A DNA stretch of 62,394 bases from a virus, in the IMG/VR virus record IMGVR_UViG_3300003375_000002; one strand, given 5' to 3'. The position numbers and the translations under genes are program-made. Shown in pieces: positions 40,160 through 48,785 of the stretch (positions within the stretch are counted from its first letter, which is position 1; every line of letters begins with the position of its first letter). The notes beneath the pieces are model-generated. The model made no database searches. It had not been told where the DNA came from and saw only the letters and a program-made list of their open reading frames with translations.

Positions 40160-41074
40160 TCAGTTGAGCTTGCCTTCTTTTTGCAAGGCGGACTTGTTTT
40201 TAGCATATTCAACGTCCGACATTCCCATCATGCTCGCCATCTCGCGCTCTTGCGCTGTCAGGCGGACGATGTTTGGGCGCTTGTCGGGTGCACTGCCGGA
40301 GCGCGAAACTGGCGCTTCAGGCGGAGCATAACGACGCTGAGTGACTTGAGCGGCAGCTTGCGTCGGATCTTCATCATCAACTCTCTGCGGAGCCTTCCGA
40401 GAAATCTTCAGTGTGTTCTCGACTTCACTGAAATAATCGTCAGTGTCCGCAACCAAGCCATCCGCGATCGCCAAATTGTGAGCAGCGATCATTTTTGCAT
40501 TCAGACGCGGATCTGTCGCATATTCAGGATGTGCCCTGACCCATGCAGCGGAACGTGGCGTCAGCTGACTTGCCAATGCCTCAACCGGATCCGCTGCGCG
40601 CGGGCGCTGGGGAGCCTCCTTTGGGCGAGACTCCATGGCTGCCTTGCCATTTTCGAGTTGCAGGAGCTTGGCTGAATTGTCAGCCATGGCATCCTGAATC
40701 TCTGCAGCCTTTTCATAGTCGCCAACTGACATGGCTGCGCTGTATTGGCTGCGCAGAATTTTCTTGTTCTGTGTAACGGTGGCGATGGCATTGTTGACGA
40801 GCTGAAGATTTGTGTCTTCAACTTCACTTTTGGCTGCGTTGACCTGACTGACTGCCTCATTGGCGCGATGTTCGGCCTCTGCACGAGCCTTGCGCTCATT
40901 GTCGAGTTGTCGCTTCAGCTCGGCGATGCCTTCTTCAGCCGGAATTTCGCGCTTCGCAGCGACTTCTTGCTCTTTTTCGGCTTCGACGACCTGAATTTCT
41001 GGCTCTTTTGCTTGATCTTTTGAAAGGTCAAGTTCAATGCCATCTTCTTCGTTCTTTTTCGGTTCTTTTGCCAT
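40160..41074 (-). CDS. Scaffolding-like coiled-coil protein
   Basis: ATG at 41074. Glu/Ala/Lys-rich with long predicted helices. Positioned between the GroES-like gene and the capsid genes. Confidence 0.55.
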   Translation of the reverse strand: MAKEPKKNEEDGIELDLSKDQAKEPEIQVVEAEKEQEVAAKREIPAEEGIAELKRQLDNERKARAEAEHRANEAVSQVNAAKSEVEDTNLQLVNNAIATVTQNKKILRSQYSAAMSVGDYEKAAEIQDAMADNSAKLLQLENGKAAMESRPKEAPQRPRAADPVEALASQLTPRSAAWVRAHPEYATDPRLNAKMIAAHNLAIADGLVADTDDYFSEVENTLKISRKAPQRVDDEDPTQAAAQVTQRRYAPPEAPVSRSGSAPDKRPNIVRLTAQEREMASMMGMSDVEYAKNKSALQKEGKLN

Positions 41075-41075
41075 G

Positions 41076-41465
41076 TTACCAAATCCTATCTGGGTGATCG
41101 ACACGTCCGCGCACGGAAATATCATCCAAAATTCTGCAGAGTTTGCCGTTGACCGTTATCTGCCAACCGTCAGACGGTCGGAAAATGATCCAGTCTCCCT
41201 CGTTGATTGTGACGCCCTTGAACCATTTTCCGTCATCTTCAAAGGCAGACGCACCTTTTTTGATCACGAGGCCGATTTTTGACTGGTGACGGTCTTCATC
41301 GGTCGTTTTGTCAGTCAGGATGATGCCTGACTTGGTCTTTTGTGGTCGGATATAAACAGCGACTAGCGCCTGATTGTTGAAAATTTCAACATTCGTCAGA
41401 TCGCCGACCTCTTGACGCAGCATTTCGGCTGGATCTTTTTCGTGCATCATTATCATTGCTGGCAT
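41076..41465 (-). CDS. GroES/Cpn10-like co-chaperonin
   Basis: ALVAVYIRPQKTKSGIILTD ... GLVIKKG ... INEGDWIIF ... ILDDISVRGRV parallels the GroES pattern (V.V...e.kT.gGI.L.. ... G.V.avG ... v.vGD.V.f ... i.e.dIla). Confidence 0.6.
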   Translation of the reverse strand: MPAMIMMHEKDPAEMLRQEVGDLTNVEIFNNQALVAVYIRPQKTKSGIILTDKTTDEDRHQSKIGLVIKKGASAFEDDGKWFKGVTINEGDWIIFRPSDGWQITVNGKLCRILDDISVRGRVDHPDRIW

Positions 41466-41477
41466 TTCAACTCTCCC

Positions 41478-41681
41478 CTATCGATTGGATTGATCAGCGA
41501 GCTCGCGAGCTTGACTGAACATTTCATTCTTGACAATATTTAGCGCTTCCGCTTGGCCAACGTATTTGGCATAATGGTCATGCGGATGAACGTGCGAGAT
41601 CGCATTGGTCTTGACTCGCTCGATTGCTTCATCAATCAGTTTTCCCAACTCATGCTCAAACAGGCTACTGACAGTTTGCAT
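41478..41681 (-). CDS. Hypothetical small protein (67 aa)
   Basis: ORF track. GGAAAGGAG Shine-Dalgarno. Confidence 0.55.
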   Translation of the reverse strand: MQTVSSLFEHELGKLIDEAIERVKTNAISHVHPHDHYAKYVGQAEALNIVKNEMFSQARELADQSNR

Positions 41682-41704
41682 TGCATTTCTCCTTTCCCAG
41701 AAAT

Positions 41705-41789
41705 GCCCTCCCCGATTTCAACCCGGCAGCGGAGCGGGGAGGGCGACTCCGCTGCCGGGGATCCAGAGGAGAGAGGCGAAACTCTCCTC
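41705..41789 (-). promoter_or_regulatory. Cluster of strong intergenic RNA hairpins with pseudoknot / alternative-pairing potential
   Basis: 13-bp perfect stem 41722-41734 / 41747-41759. Its loop (41735-41744) is perfectly complementary to 41705-41714. An extra 8-bp hairpin is 41766-41773 / 41782-41789. Confidence 0.55.
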
Positions 41790-41797
41790 CGAACTGG

Positions 41798-42538
41798 TTA
41801 ACGGACAGGCTTCAAGCCATAGGCTTTCGGCTTTTCGAGCCGCGCCTCCCCGCCACCCGATCCATTTTCGATCGGGTAAGCTCGACCACCGCGCTTCCGC
41901 CCCATCATCTGTGGCGGGAGGCCTCCAGGACCAGCAGGCATGGGCGGAGGACCGCCTGCACCAGCGCCGGGCGGCAACCCCTGCGGCGGCATCGGGACCG
42001 GCATAGGCGGCTTCGGCTGCATGGGCGGCATCGTCGGTTGACCGGCCATGGGCGCAGCGCCATTGGCGCCTTCCGGCGACTTGTGAGCGATGATGATGTT
42101 GACATTGGTTTTTCCACCAGCCTTTCCGCCGCGCTTGCGGGCGAGGGCGTCGGGCTTGACCATGCGCTTGATCATGGCGCGATCTTCGGCCGCGTCAGGA
42201 TGAACACTGCCGCCCTTCTTCAGAGCGCCGACCTGCTTAATGCCAGAGCGCTCTTCATTGGCGGATTTTTCATTCCGATTGATCATCTTTTCAGCAGTCA
42301 GGCTGCCGCCTGCCTTGCGCGCCCGACGACCAGCGTTGGGCTTGCAAATTTCGCCGTCGACCTTACCGCCCGCCTTGAAAGCGCGCTTGGAGACTGGACG
42401 CATGCCAGTCTTGACGCTGCCTTCAACAGGCGGTTCCGGTGTGAAATCAGAGGCATCGATCTTACCTTTGTGACCTTGGACGTAGCGTTCGGCCTTGGCC
42501 TTGTTGGCGGCGCGGGCAGATTTGCTCATTTCTGACAT
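41798..42538 (-). CDS. Basic Lys/Gly/Pro-rich protein with repeated K-x-G-G-x-V motifs (internal head protein candidate)
   Basis: KAGGKV, KAGGSL, KKGGSV, KRGGKAGGKT, KRGGRA, plus a Pro-rich tract PPMQPKPPMPVPMPPQGLPP. Confidence 0.6.
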   Translation of the reverse strand: MSEMSKSARAANKAKAERYVQGHKGKIDASDFTPEPPVEGSVKTGMRPVSKRAFKAGGKVDGEICKPNAGRRARKAGGSLTAEKMINRNEKSANEERSGIKQVGALKKGGSVHPDAAEDRAMIKRMVKPDALARKRGGKAGGKTNVNIIIAHKSPEGANGAAPMAGQPTMPPMQPKPPMPVPMPPQGLPPGAGAGGPPPMPAGPGGLPPQMMGRKRGGRAYPIENGSGGGEARLEKPKAYGLKPVR

Positions 42539-42547
42539 GATTGGCTC

Positions 42548-45500
42548 CTATGATTTGCGCGCGTCCGCGCTCCGCTTGAGTGATTGCACAGCTGCGTGCG
42601 GATCCGCGCTGAATTTGCTGGTTATTGATAGGGCTCGATCGAGGGCAGATTGTTTTTTGATCGGGCGAGTTGTGTCATTGTGCTTGAGCCATTGCTTAAA
42701 TTCTGAAACAGTTAGACGAGAGACATGGCGAGCACGCTCTGGCCCTTTTCCATCGCTAAAGCCGGCAGAATAATTGCTGAGAGCCTCTTCGCGAGAGTTA
42801 AAGCCGAGCATTGCCTTGTGTTCATCGAACTTGCCAGTGCGATGATCGTGCTGATCGATCAGGAAAACCTGATTCGACATTTTATCCGGACCTATGCAAA
42901 CGTCAACATTATCCCCGTCAGCACCCTCAGTGCGCTTCACATATCCGTAATCGTAGGGCAGCGTCACCGACCAACGCTTGCCATTCGGATCAGTGCCCGA
43001 GCGCTCTGAACCTTTTTTGTTTTCAATCGAAATTGGCAGACCTTGAAACGAGATATGCTCCTTGGCATAATTGCCAGCAGCTTTTTGAGCCTCGCTGGGA
43101 GCAGGATTGACTCTGCCGCCAAGGGCGAATGCCGTCTGCCCTTTCAAGATGCGCGCACGCATCTCCGGGGTGATGCGGATTGATTGGGCGTGAATATTTT
43201 CTCCAGGCTCATAAGTTCCGCGTTCCCCAGAAGGTTCATTGGTTCTAATTCTAGGTTTACCGCTTTTTGGAATTTCGAAAGGCTCAATCTCTCCAGTTCC
43301 GCCAAGCTTCTTGGTCAACTCTTTCAATCGAGTTGGGACGATCTTGTCATAATAGCTCTTCATTCCCTCGCCGCCGATGGAGAGGTCATCACCTTTCAAT
43401 ATTTTCATTCCATGTTCATTTGCAGAATCAGAATTAATAAGTTTCTCGGCAGGCTCCTTGCCGATCAAATCGGCTAATTTTTTAGGCTCAACATCAAATT
43501 TATTCAAAATTATTCTATTATTTTTATCATAAGCTGTAATGGTTTTTAATTGAGGAGAATAACGTATTTCGCTAATCTGCTTGCTCAAATCATAACGCTT
43601 GGCCTGTTCAATTCCAGGCGTCCATGTCAGCCTGTCGTAGCCGCCTTCCGCCGCCTCTTTCAAGGCGCGCTTGAGCCCGAGGTCGGTCCATGCCTGCGTG
43701 TTGGTGACGTAGGGGGCAGGAGGAACTGCTCTGGAAGGTTCATTCAAAGATTCTTGCCATCTTGCATTCGCTTCATCTCTTTTCTGAATTAATTCATTCA
43801 ATTTTTCACGGTAATTGGGATCATTGGCGTGATTATCTCGCCAATTTTCAATTTCTTTTGAAATTCGATCGTGATCCTGCTGGGCCTTTTCTGCGTTTCC
43901 TGTTTTGAATCCCTCTTTCCGGCCTTTCTGCCCCCAATCGCTCTGCAATTCCTCCATGTGGAGGATTTTTTCGTTATTCGGGCCTGTGCGATCGCTCAAG
44001 CGCAGATGCGCAAGGACATTAGGATCGTCCCAGTGAGAGGAGTTAAATTGCTCGTTTTGTTCAAGTTTGTCTTTTGTCTGAGCTATTGAGTCCCATTTTT
44101 TCTGCATTTCTGGCGGAAGAATTCCAATCCTGCCTTCATTTTTGTGTTTCACAAAAAATGACAAATCTTCGCCTGTTATTTTTTGTGCCGGCAGCTTCAG
44201 CAGCACCTCACGATAATTCTGTCCACCAGGAAGAGCGTATGATTCGAATTTTGGAGGCTTCTGGCCTTCATATTTGCCGCGAACATAATGATCAAGATCT
44301 TCAAGATTCTCATAGGTCAGAAAATCTTCACGTTCTGTCGGATTGGCAAATTCATGAAAATTTCTTTCCGTTATTTTTTTCCACAACTGTTCGTCTCTGG
44401 CTGCTTTTTCTGCAATTTCTCCCATTTTTTCTTCTGGAGAAGATCCGCCAAGAACATTTTCCTCGACCTTCGGCATGCTGTCGCGGAAATGCTGAGCGAC
44501 TTCTTCGCGAGTGACGGAATTGCGCCCGGCGAATGCCTGATCGAATCCAGAATTCTCGAATTCTGCAGGCTTGACGCCAGCCTTCTGGAGCATCGCCTTG
44601 AACTGCTGGGGAGAGCCCTTGGCCTGAGGCAAGGCATCAGCAGCCTCCGCACCATGGCTGTAGAGGCCGACGTCATTCAGCTGACGCGGTTGCGCCATGG
44701 CGGATGGGCCAGTTTGGCCGGGCAATCGCTCCCACAAATGCTCTTCAGGGATTGGATCGCCGCGCATCGTCTTCCAATTATTGAATGGAGCATTCTGGCG
44801 GCGCATTTCCATCGGCCAATGTTGACGCTCCTGCGCGGCGCGCGCCATTGCCTCGCCGAAATTGTGCTCGTAGAAATCCTGCGGCGAGCGAATGTTGAAT
44901 GCCTGATAATGAGATTTCAGGAGTTCTTTTGATGCATTGGGATTTTCGGCCGCCCATTTGTCGTAGGCTGCACGCTGAGCATCCTGAAAACGAGGATCCA
45001 TGACATGATCAGCATCATTGGGATTGAACCCCTGACGCATGAGTTGACCATTGACGTAATTGTCTGCGTGGCCTGTTATCCGGTCATATTGGTTGTTCGC
45101 ATTATTGTACATTGCGCGATGAGCATTGATCAATTCAGGATCCAACGGATTGGCGCCCGGAGAAAATCCTTCATTCGCCTGCGCGAGGTGCTGAGTTTCA
45201 TGAAGGGCAATTGAACCAGCTTGATCTTGGTCCTGACCGCGTGCATCAATCGTTGGAGGAAAACCCGGCTCTTCGCGATAGAAAGTGCCAGTCGGCTTTT
45301 CTCCTGTCATTATTTGCTGTTGAAGTTTTCTGTATGTGCCAGGATAGCCTGCTTCAATTTCTGGATGAAATGATCTCAAATTGCCAGCAGGTCCAGGAGC
45401 AAGTTTAAATCCAGCATCAGGATGCTCAGTGTACCATTGGCCACCGGGCGTTTGAGCCCACATCGTCTTCTGCCAGATCTCGTTGCGGTCGACGCCTTGA

Positions 45501-46288
45501 GCGGCTAGCTTTTGAGCAGTGGCCAAGGCGTTGCGGTCGACGTTTGCTGCCATCGGCCCGAGGAAGATGGCATGGCTGAGTGCGCCCGCTGGCACAGCGC
45601 CGGTCGCTGCCAAGGCAGCCTCAATGGGCTTCTGCTGCTTCGCGAAATCGATCAAATCGGAGATTGCTCCGACCGGCGTCAGGCCGAGGATGGAGTTTAG
45701 ACCGCTGGCGACGTTTGAACGCTCCAAGGATGGCTTCCCTTGGCCCTCCAGGGCTGTCTGCAGGAGGTCCCTTTGGGTTGGTGCCGGTCCCGGCTGAAGT
45801 CCGCCGTAGGCCACGCTACCGGCCGAATTTGAGGGGCGCTGCGCCTCGCCGGACTGAGCAACGTCCATGGCATTCCAGAACTGCTCATCTTTATTCAGCG
45901 GCACATTGTTGTTGAAGCTCGGCGTCACATCTATCGGCATTGAGCCAGAGCCTTCTGGCACCGAATAGGTGAAAGCCTGCTTGGGTGTTGGAGGGAGTGT
46001 GCTACCTTCAAGCGTTCGCGTGCGCGCCAGCGCCTTGGCGACGACCGGATCAGTCACTGTGCCATTGCCAGAGAGCTCTGGCGGAATTTCATTGCCGACC
46101 GGCGCTAGGTCGCCTTCATGAACAGTTTCGCCGACTGGCAGATCGGCCTTGTGGATTGTGACGCGCGGAATGTCCGGATACAAATTGTCAGCATCGTCCG
46201 ATCCATCATCAGTCGGTCCGCCGTCGGCGCGCTTACGCCGGGCGATCAACAAAGCTGCTCTGGAAGCTTTGGCGCGATCTTGTTTCAT
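42548..46288 (-). CDS. Large polyvalent virion protein (1246 aa): zincin HExxH domain, central AT-rich domain, C-terminal pyrophosphatase-like domain
   Basis: ALHETQHLAQ (HExxH, residues about 363-367). EELQSDWGQKGRKEG. C-terminal EGADGDNVDVCIGP resembles the inorganic pyrophosphatase DGDPxDV motif. Lies directly after the portal. Confidence 0.7.
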   Translation of the reverse strand: MKQDRAKASRAALLIARRKRADGGPTDDGSDDADNLYPDIPRVTIHKADLPVGETVHEGDLAPVGNEIPPELSGNGTVTDPVVAKALARTRTLEGSTLPPTPKQAFTYSVPEGSGSMPIDVTPSFNNNVPLNKDEQFWNAMDVAQSGEAQRPSNSAGSVAYGGLQPGPAPTQRDLLQTALEGQGKPSLERSNVASGLNSILGLTPVGAISDLIDFAKQQKPIEAALAATGAVPAGALSHAIFLGPMAANVDRNALATAQKLAAQGVDRNEIWQKTMWAQTPGGQWYTEHPDAGFKLAPGPAGNLRSFHPEIEAGYPGTYRKLQQQIMTGEKPTGTFYREEPGFPPTIDARGQDQDQAGSIALHETQHLAQANEGFSPGANPLDPELINAHRAMYNNANNQYDRITGHADNYVNGQLMRQGFNPNDADHVMDPRFQDAQRAAYDKWAAENPNASKELLKSHYQAFNIRSPQDFYEHNFGEAMARAAQERQHWPMEMRRQNAPFNNWKTMRGDPIPEEHLWERLPGQTGPSAMAQPRQLNDVGLYSHGAEAADALPQAKGSPQQFKAMLQKAGVKPAEFENSGFDQAFAGRNSVTREEVAQHFRDSMPKVEENVLGGSSPEEKMGEIAEKAARDEQLWKKITERNFHEFANPTEREDFLTYENLEDLDHYVRGKYEGQKPPKFESYALPGGQNYREVLLKLPAQKITGEDLSFFVKHKNEGRIGILPPEMQKKWDSIAQTKDKLEQNEQFNSSHWDDPNVLAHLRLSDRTGPNNEKILHMEELQSDWGQKGRKEGFKTGNAEKAQQDHDRISKEIENWRDNHANDPNYREKLNELIQKRDEANARWQESLNEPSRAVPPAPYVTNTQAWTDLGLKRALKEAAEGGYDRLTWTPGIEQAKRYDLSKQISEIRYSPQLKTITAYDKNNRIILNKFDVEPKKLADLIGKEPAEKLINSDSANEHGMKILKGDDLSIGGEGMKSYYDKIVPTRLKELTKKLGGTGEIEPFEIPKSGKPRIRTNEPSGERGTYEPGENIHAQSIRITPEMRARILKGQTAFALGGRVNPAPSEAQKAAGNYAKEHISFQGLPISIENKKGSERSGTDPNGKRWSVTLPYDYGYVKRTEGADGDNVDVCIGPDKMSNQVFLIDQHDHRTGKFDEHKAMLGFNSREEALSNYSAGFSDGKGPERARHVSRLTVSEFKQWLKHNDTTRPIKKQSALDRALSITSKFSADPHAAVQSLKRSADARKS

Positions 46289-48600
46289 TTATCAACACCC
46301 TTGGCAGCGGTGTGAGCCTTGGCAGCGATCTTTTCTTTCTCGATGTCCATTAGATCAGAGGTGTGATCCTTTTGAGCATCAATCGCGCTGATTCGTTCTT
46401 TTGTCGCATCCTCGGCAGCGCGGCTTTGTGCCTCGATCTGAGCCTCCTGAATGCGGACAGCGAGTTCCTTGGCCTTGGTCTTTGCATCCTCGGCCTTGAT
46501 CTGCAATTCAGCAGCCGCATTTGGATCGGCCTGCGGTGCCACCGACTCAGGCTTCTGAGCGAATGCACCTTGTTGGATCTTGGCTTGGGTTTCGGCCTGC
46601 TTGGATTGAGCACTGATCATGGAGGCTTGAGCCTTGACGGTGTCAGCTTGAGCAGCAGCCTGCTTCTGCACATCTTCAGGAGAAGGCTTGGATTGTGCGC
46701 TCGGAGGCGCGAAGAACTGCTGCGGATTTGACCAACCCATAGCCTGCAGGGCAGCAGTGTCGATGGCGATCGCGTCGTACATGTTCGGATTGCCCGCCTG
46801 CAGCTGCTTGAGGCCCATGATCTTCATGACGCGCTGGCTGTGACTGGCGGTGTTCGGATCGGCCTGCGGCACAAGATCGCAATCGTCCAGCGCCTTGAGG
46901 AAGGTTTCTTGGTCCCATTGGCGAGCAGGCTTCTTGTTGCGCTGCCAAAAGCTCTCCGGATGCTCCCTGAAACATTCGACCAGCAAACGGAATTCTTCGG
47001 CCTGCGCAGCGTGCATGCGTTTGTGAACAGAGTTTAGAACCTTGGTCGCTTGATCAATCATTGCCAGCGTTGTGCCGACTGGCGCATCCGGCCGACCCTC
47101 GCCGACTTGCGTCTCGCTGGTGCCGCCGACGCGCATGCCAGTTTGAGATATGTCATTCACCAACGCCATCAATGCCTGAGATGGCTCCTTGTAAGGCAGC
47201 GGCATCACAGCCTGATTGATCGGCATGCCGCCTGTCTTGATCTTTGCGCCACCACCCGGTGGCACGCGGAAGATCGTCGTCTCCTGACGTCCGCCAGCAT
47301 CTGAGAACAAGAAGCCAGGGAAATTCGAGAACATTCCAGCATCAAGCAACTCTCGCCAAGCTGCAGTAATGGCATTGGTGGTATTGCCCAATATGTGAAG
47401 CAATCCAATGTCGTAAAAACCCATTCCTGGAACGAACGTGTATTTGACGAAACGCATCCGGGCTTCGGGCAGATCTTTTGTGTCTTCATTGAAGTTGCGG
47501 ACAATGGATAGAATTTCACGAGACGAAACATCGATCGTAACCCTGTATGGAATTTCGAGGCCTGTCGGCTTGCCCTTGATCTTGTGCTCGAAACCTGGAA
47601 TGTCAAGCTCGCAATAACATTCGTAGATTTCACGATCTCGATCTTCGGGATTTGAACTGCTGGCAGAGATGCCTTGCTGATCTTTCTTCGCGTCGCGGAC
47701 GGCATCCTTTTTCGGAGCGAGCGGAATCGAAAGATCAATGTCGCGATAAACGCCAAGAATCTGCAGGCGTTTGACGGTGCTGGGGCGCATCATTGATCGA
47801 TGAGTGATGCGCTTGGCATTTCGAAGATCGGTGGCAGCCTCGTTGACAATCAGATCATCGGCGTCAACCGTTTCGCTGACTGGGCGATTGCGCAATGGGC
47901 AAAAATAGACTTTCTTGAACGCAGTTCCACCAAAACCGAGCATCAGAAGCATTCTGTCAGTGTCAGGATAATATTCCGTCGCTGTGCTGGTCAGATAATG
48001 ATTCATGTCGCGCTCAAGCGCATTGGCGAGTTGATCTTCGCCAAGGGTGGCATTGTTGTCGTCGTTGCGGATCTTCATCGGTCCGTCAGTCGGCAACAAC
48101 TCAGAACGCGCATTTGCTTGAAAGCGCAGGACAGCTTCTTGCAGCAGAGGATGCTGAACGCGGCTCATCCCTTCAACTGGTGCGCCATCGGAGCTGCCGC
48201 CGATGCCGGGCAACTGGACAGTCAGTCCGAGGAGTTTTATGCCTTGGCTACGGTTCTCGATCCAATCAATGCGGCTCTTCAGATCGTCGTCAACGCCGCG
48301 CAAAAGATCGTTGGCGATTAGGCCCAATTGATTCTGATCGATCTTTTCAACCAGATTGTCGAACCAAGCGAGAGGCTTGTCGTCGGCTGCATCCTCAATC
48401 GGCTTGCCGTCAAGACTTACAGTGATCGATCCATCATCGTGCTCGATCTTGATGACTGCGCCACTTTGATCAAACTCAGGAACGTCTCCGCCTTCATCTA
48501 CCATTTGGACGATGATGTCATTGTCATTGACAGATTGATCATCGCCTTGCGGCAATTGGCGAATGTTGGTCGCAGCTCCGAGGCCGGGCGTCATTGGCAT
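46285..48600 (-). CDS. Portal protein
   Basis: 771 aa, immediately downstream of terL (one small ORF between). C-terminal coiled-coil tail. Called by position and size. Confidence 0.7.
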   Translation of the reverse strand: MPMTPGLGAATNIRQLPQGDDQSVNDNDIIVQMVDEGGDVPEFDQSGAVIKIEHDDGSITVSLDGKPIEDAADDKPLAWFDNLVEKIDQNQLGLIANDLLRGVDDDLKSRIDWIENRSQGIKLLGLTVQLPGIGGSSDGAPVEGMSRVQHPLLQEAVLRFQANARSELLPTDGPMKIRNDDNNATLGEDQLANALERDMNHYLTSTATEYYPDTDRMLLMLGFGGTAFKKVYFCPLRNRPVSETVDADDLIVNEAATDLRNAKRITHRSMMRPSTVKRLQILGVYRDIDLSIPLAPKKDAVRDAKKDQQGISASSSNPEDRDREIYECYCELDIPGFEHKIKGKPTGLEIPYRVTIDVSSREILSIVRNFNEDTKDLPEARMRFVKYTFVPGMGFYDIGLLHILGNTTNAITAAWRELLDAGMFSNFPGFLFSDAGGRQETTIFRVPPGGGAKIKTGGMPINQAVMPLPYKEPSQALMALVNDISQTGMRVGGTSETQVGEGRPDAPVGTTLAMIDQATKVLNSVHKRMHAAQAEEFRLLVECFREHPESFWQRNKKPARQWDQETFLKALDDCDLVPQADPNTASHSQRVMKIMGLKQLQAGNPNMYDAIAIDTAALQAMGWSNPQQFFAPPSAQSKPSPEDVQKQAAAQADTVKAQASMISAQSKQAETQAKIQQGAFAQKPESVAPQADPNAAAELQIKAEDAKTKAKELAVRIQEAQIEAQSRAAEDATKERISAIDAQKDHTSDLMDIEKEKIAAKAHTAAKGVDK

Positions 48601-48785
48601 TTGGATGTTCCTGTCTTTCGCGCTTCTGATTCAAAGCGCTCAAGGCCAATCTTCGCAGCCTCGTCATCGCTCTTGGCGAAAATCCTGTAGCTTTTGTTCA
48701 TTGACAATGGCAATGCAGCACGAACATTCACCTGCCACAGCATTGGGCTGATCAGATCAACAGTCGCCTGCGCAGGGATTTTCAT
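48591..48785 (-). CDS. Hypothetical small protein (64 aa)
   Basis: ATGA overlap with the terL stop. Confidence 0.5.
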   Translation of the reverse strand: MKIPAQATVDLISPMLWQVNVRAALPLSMNKSYRIFAKSDDEAAKIGLERFESEARKTGTSKCQ

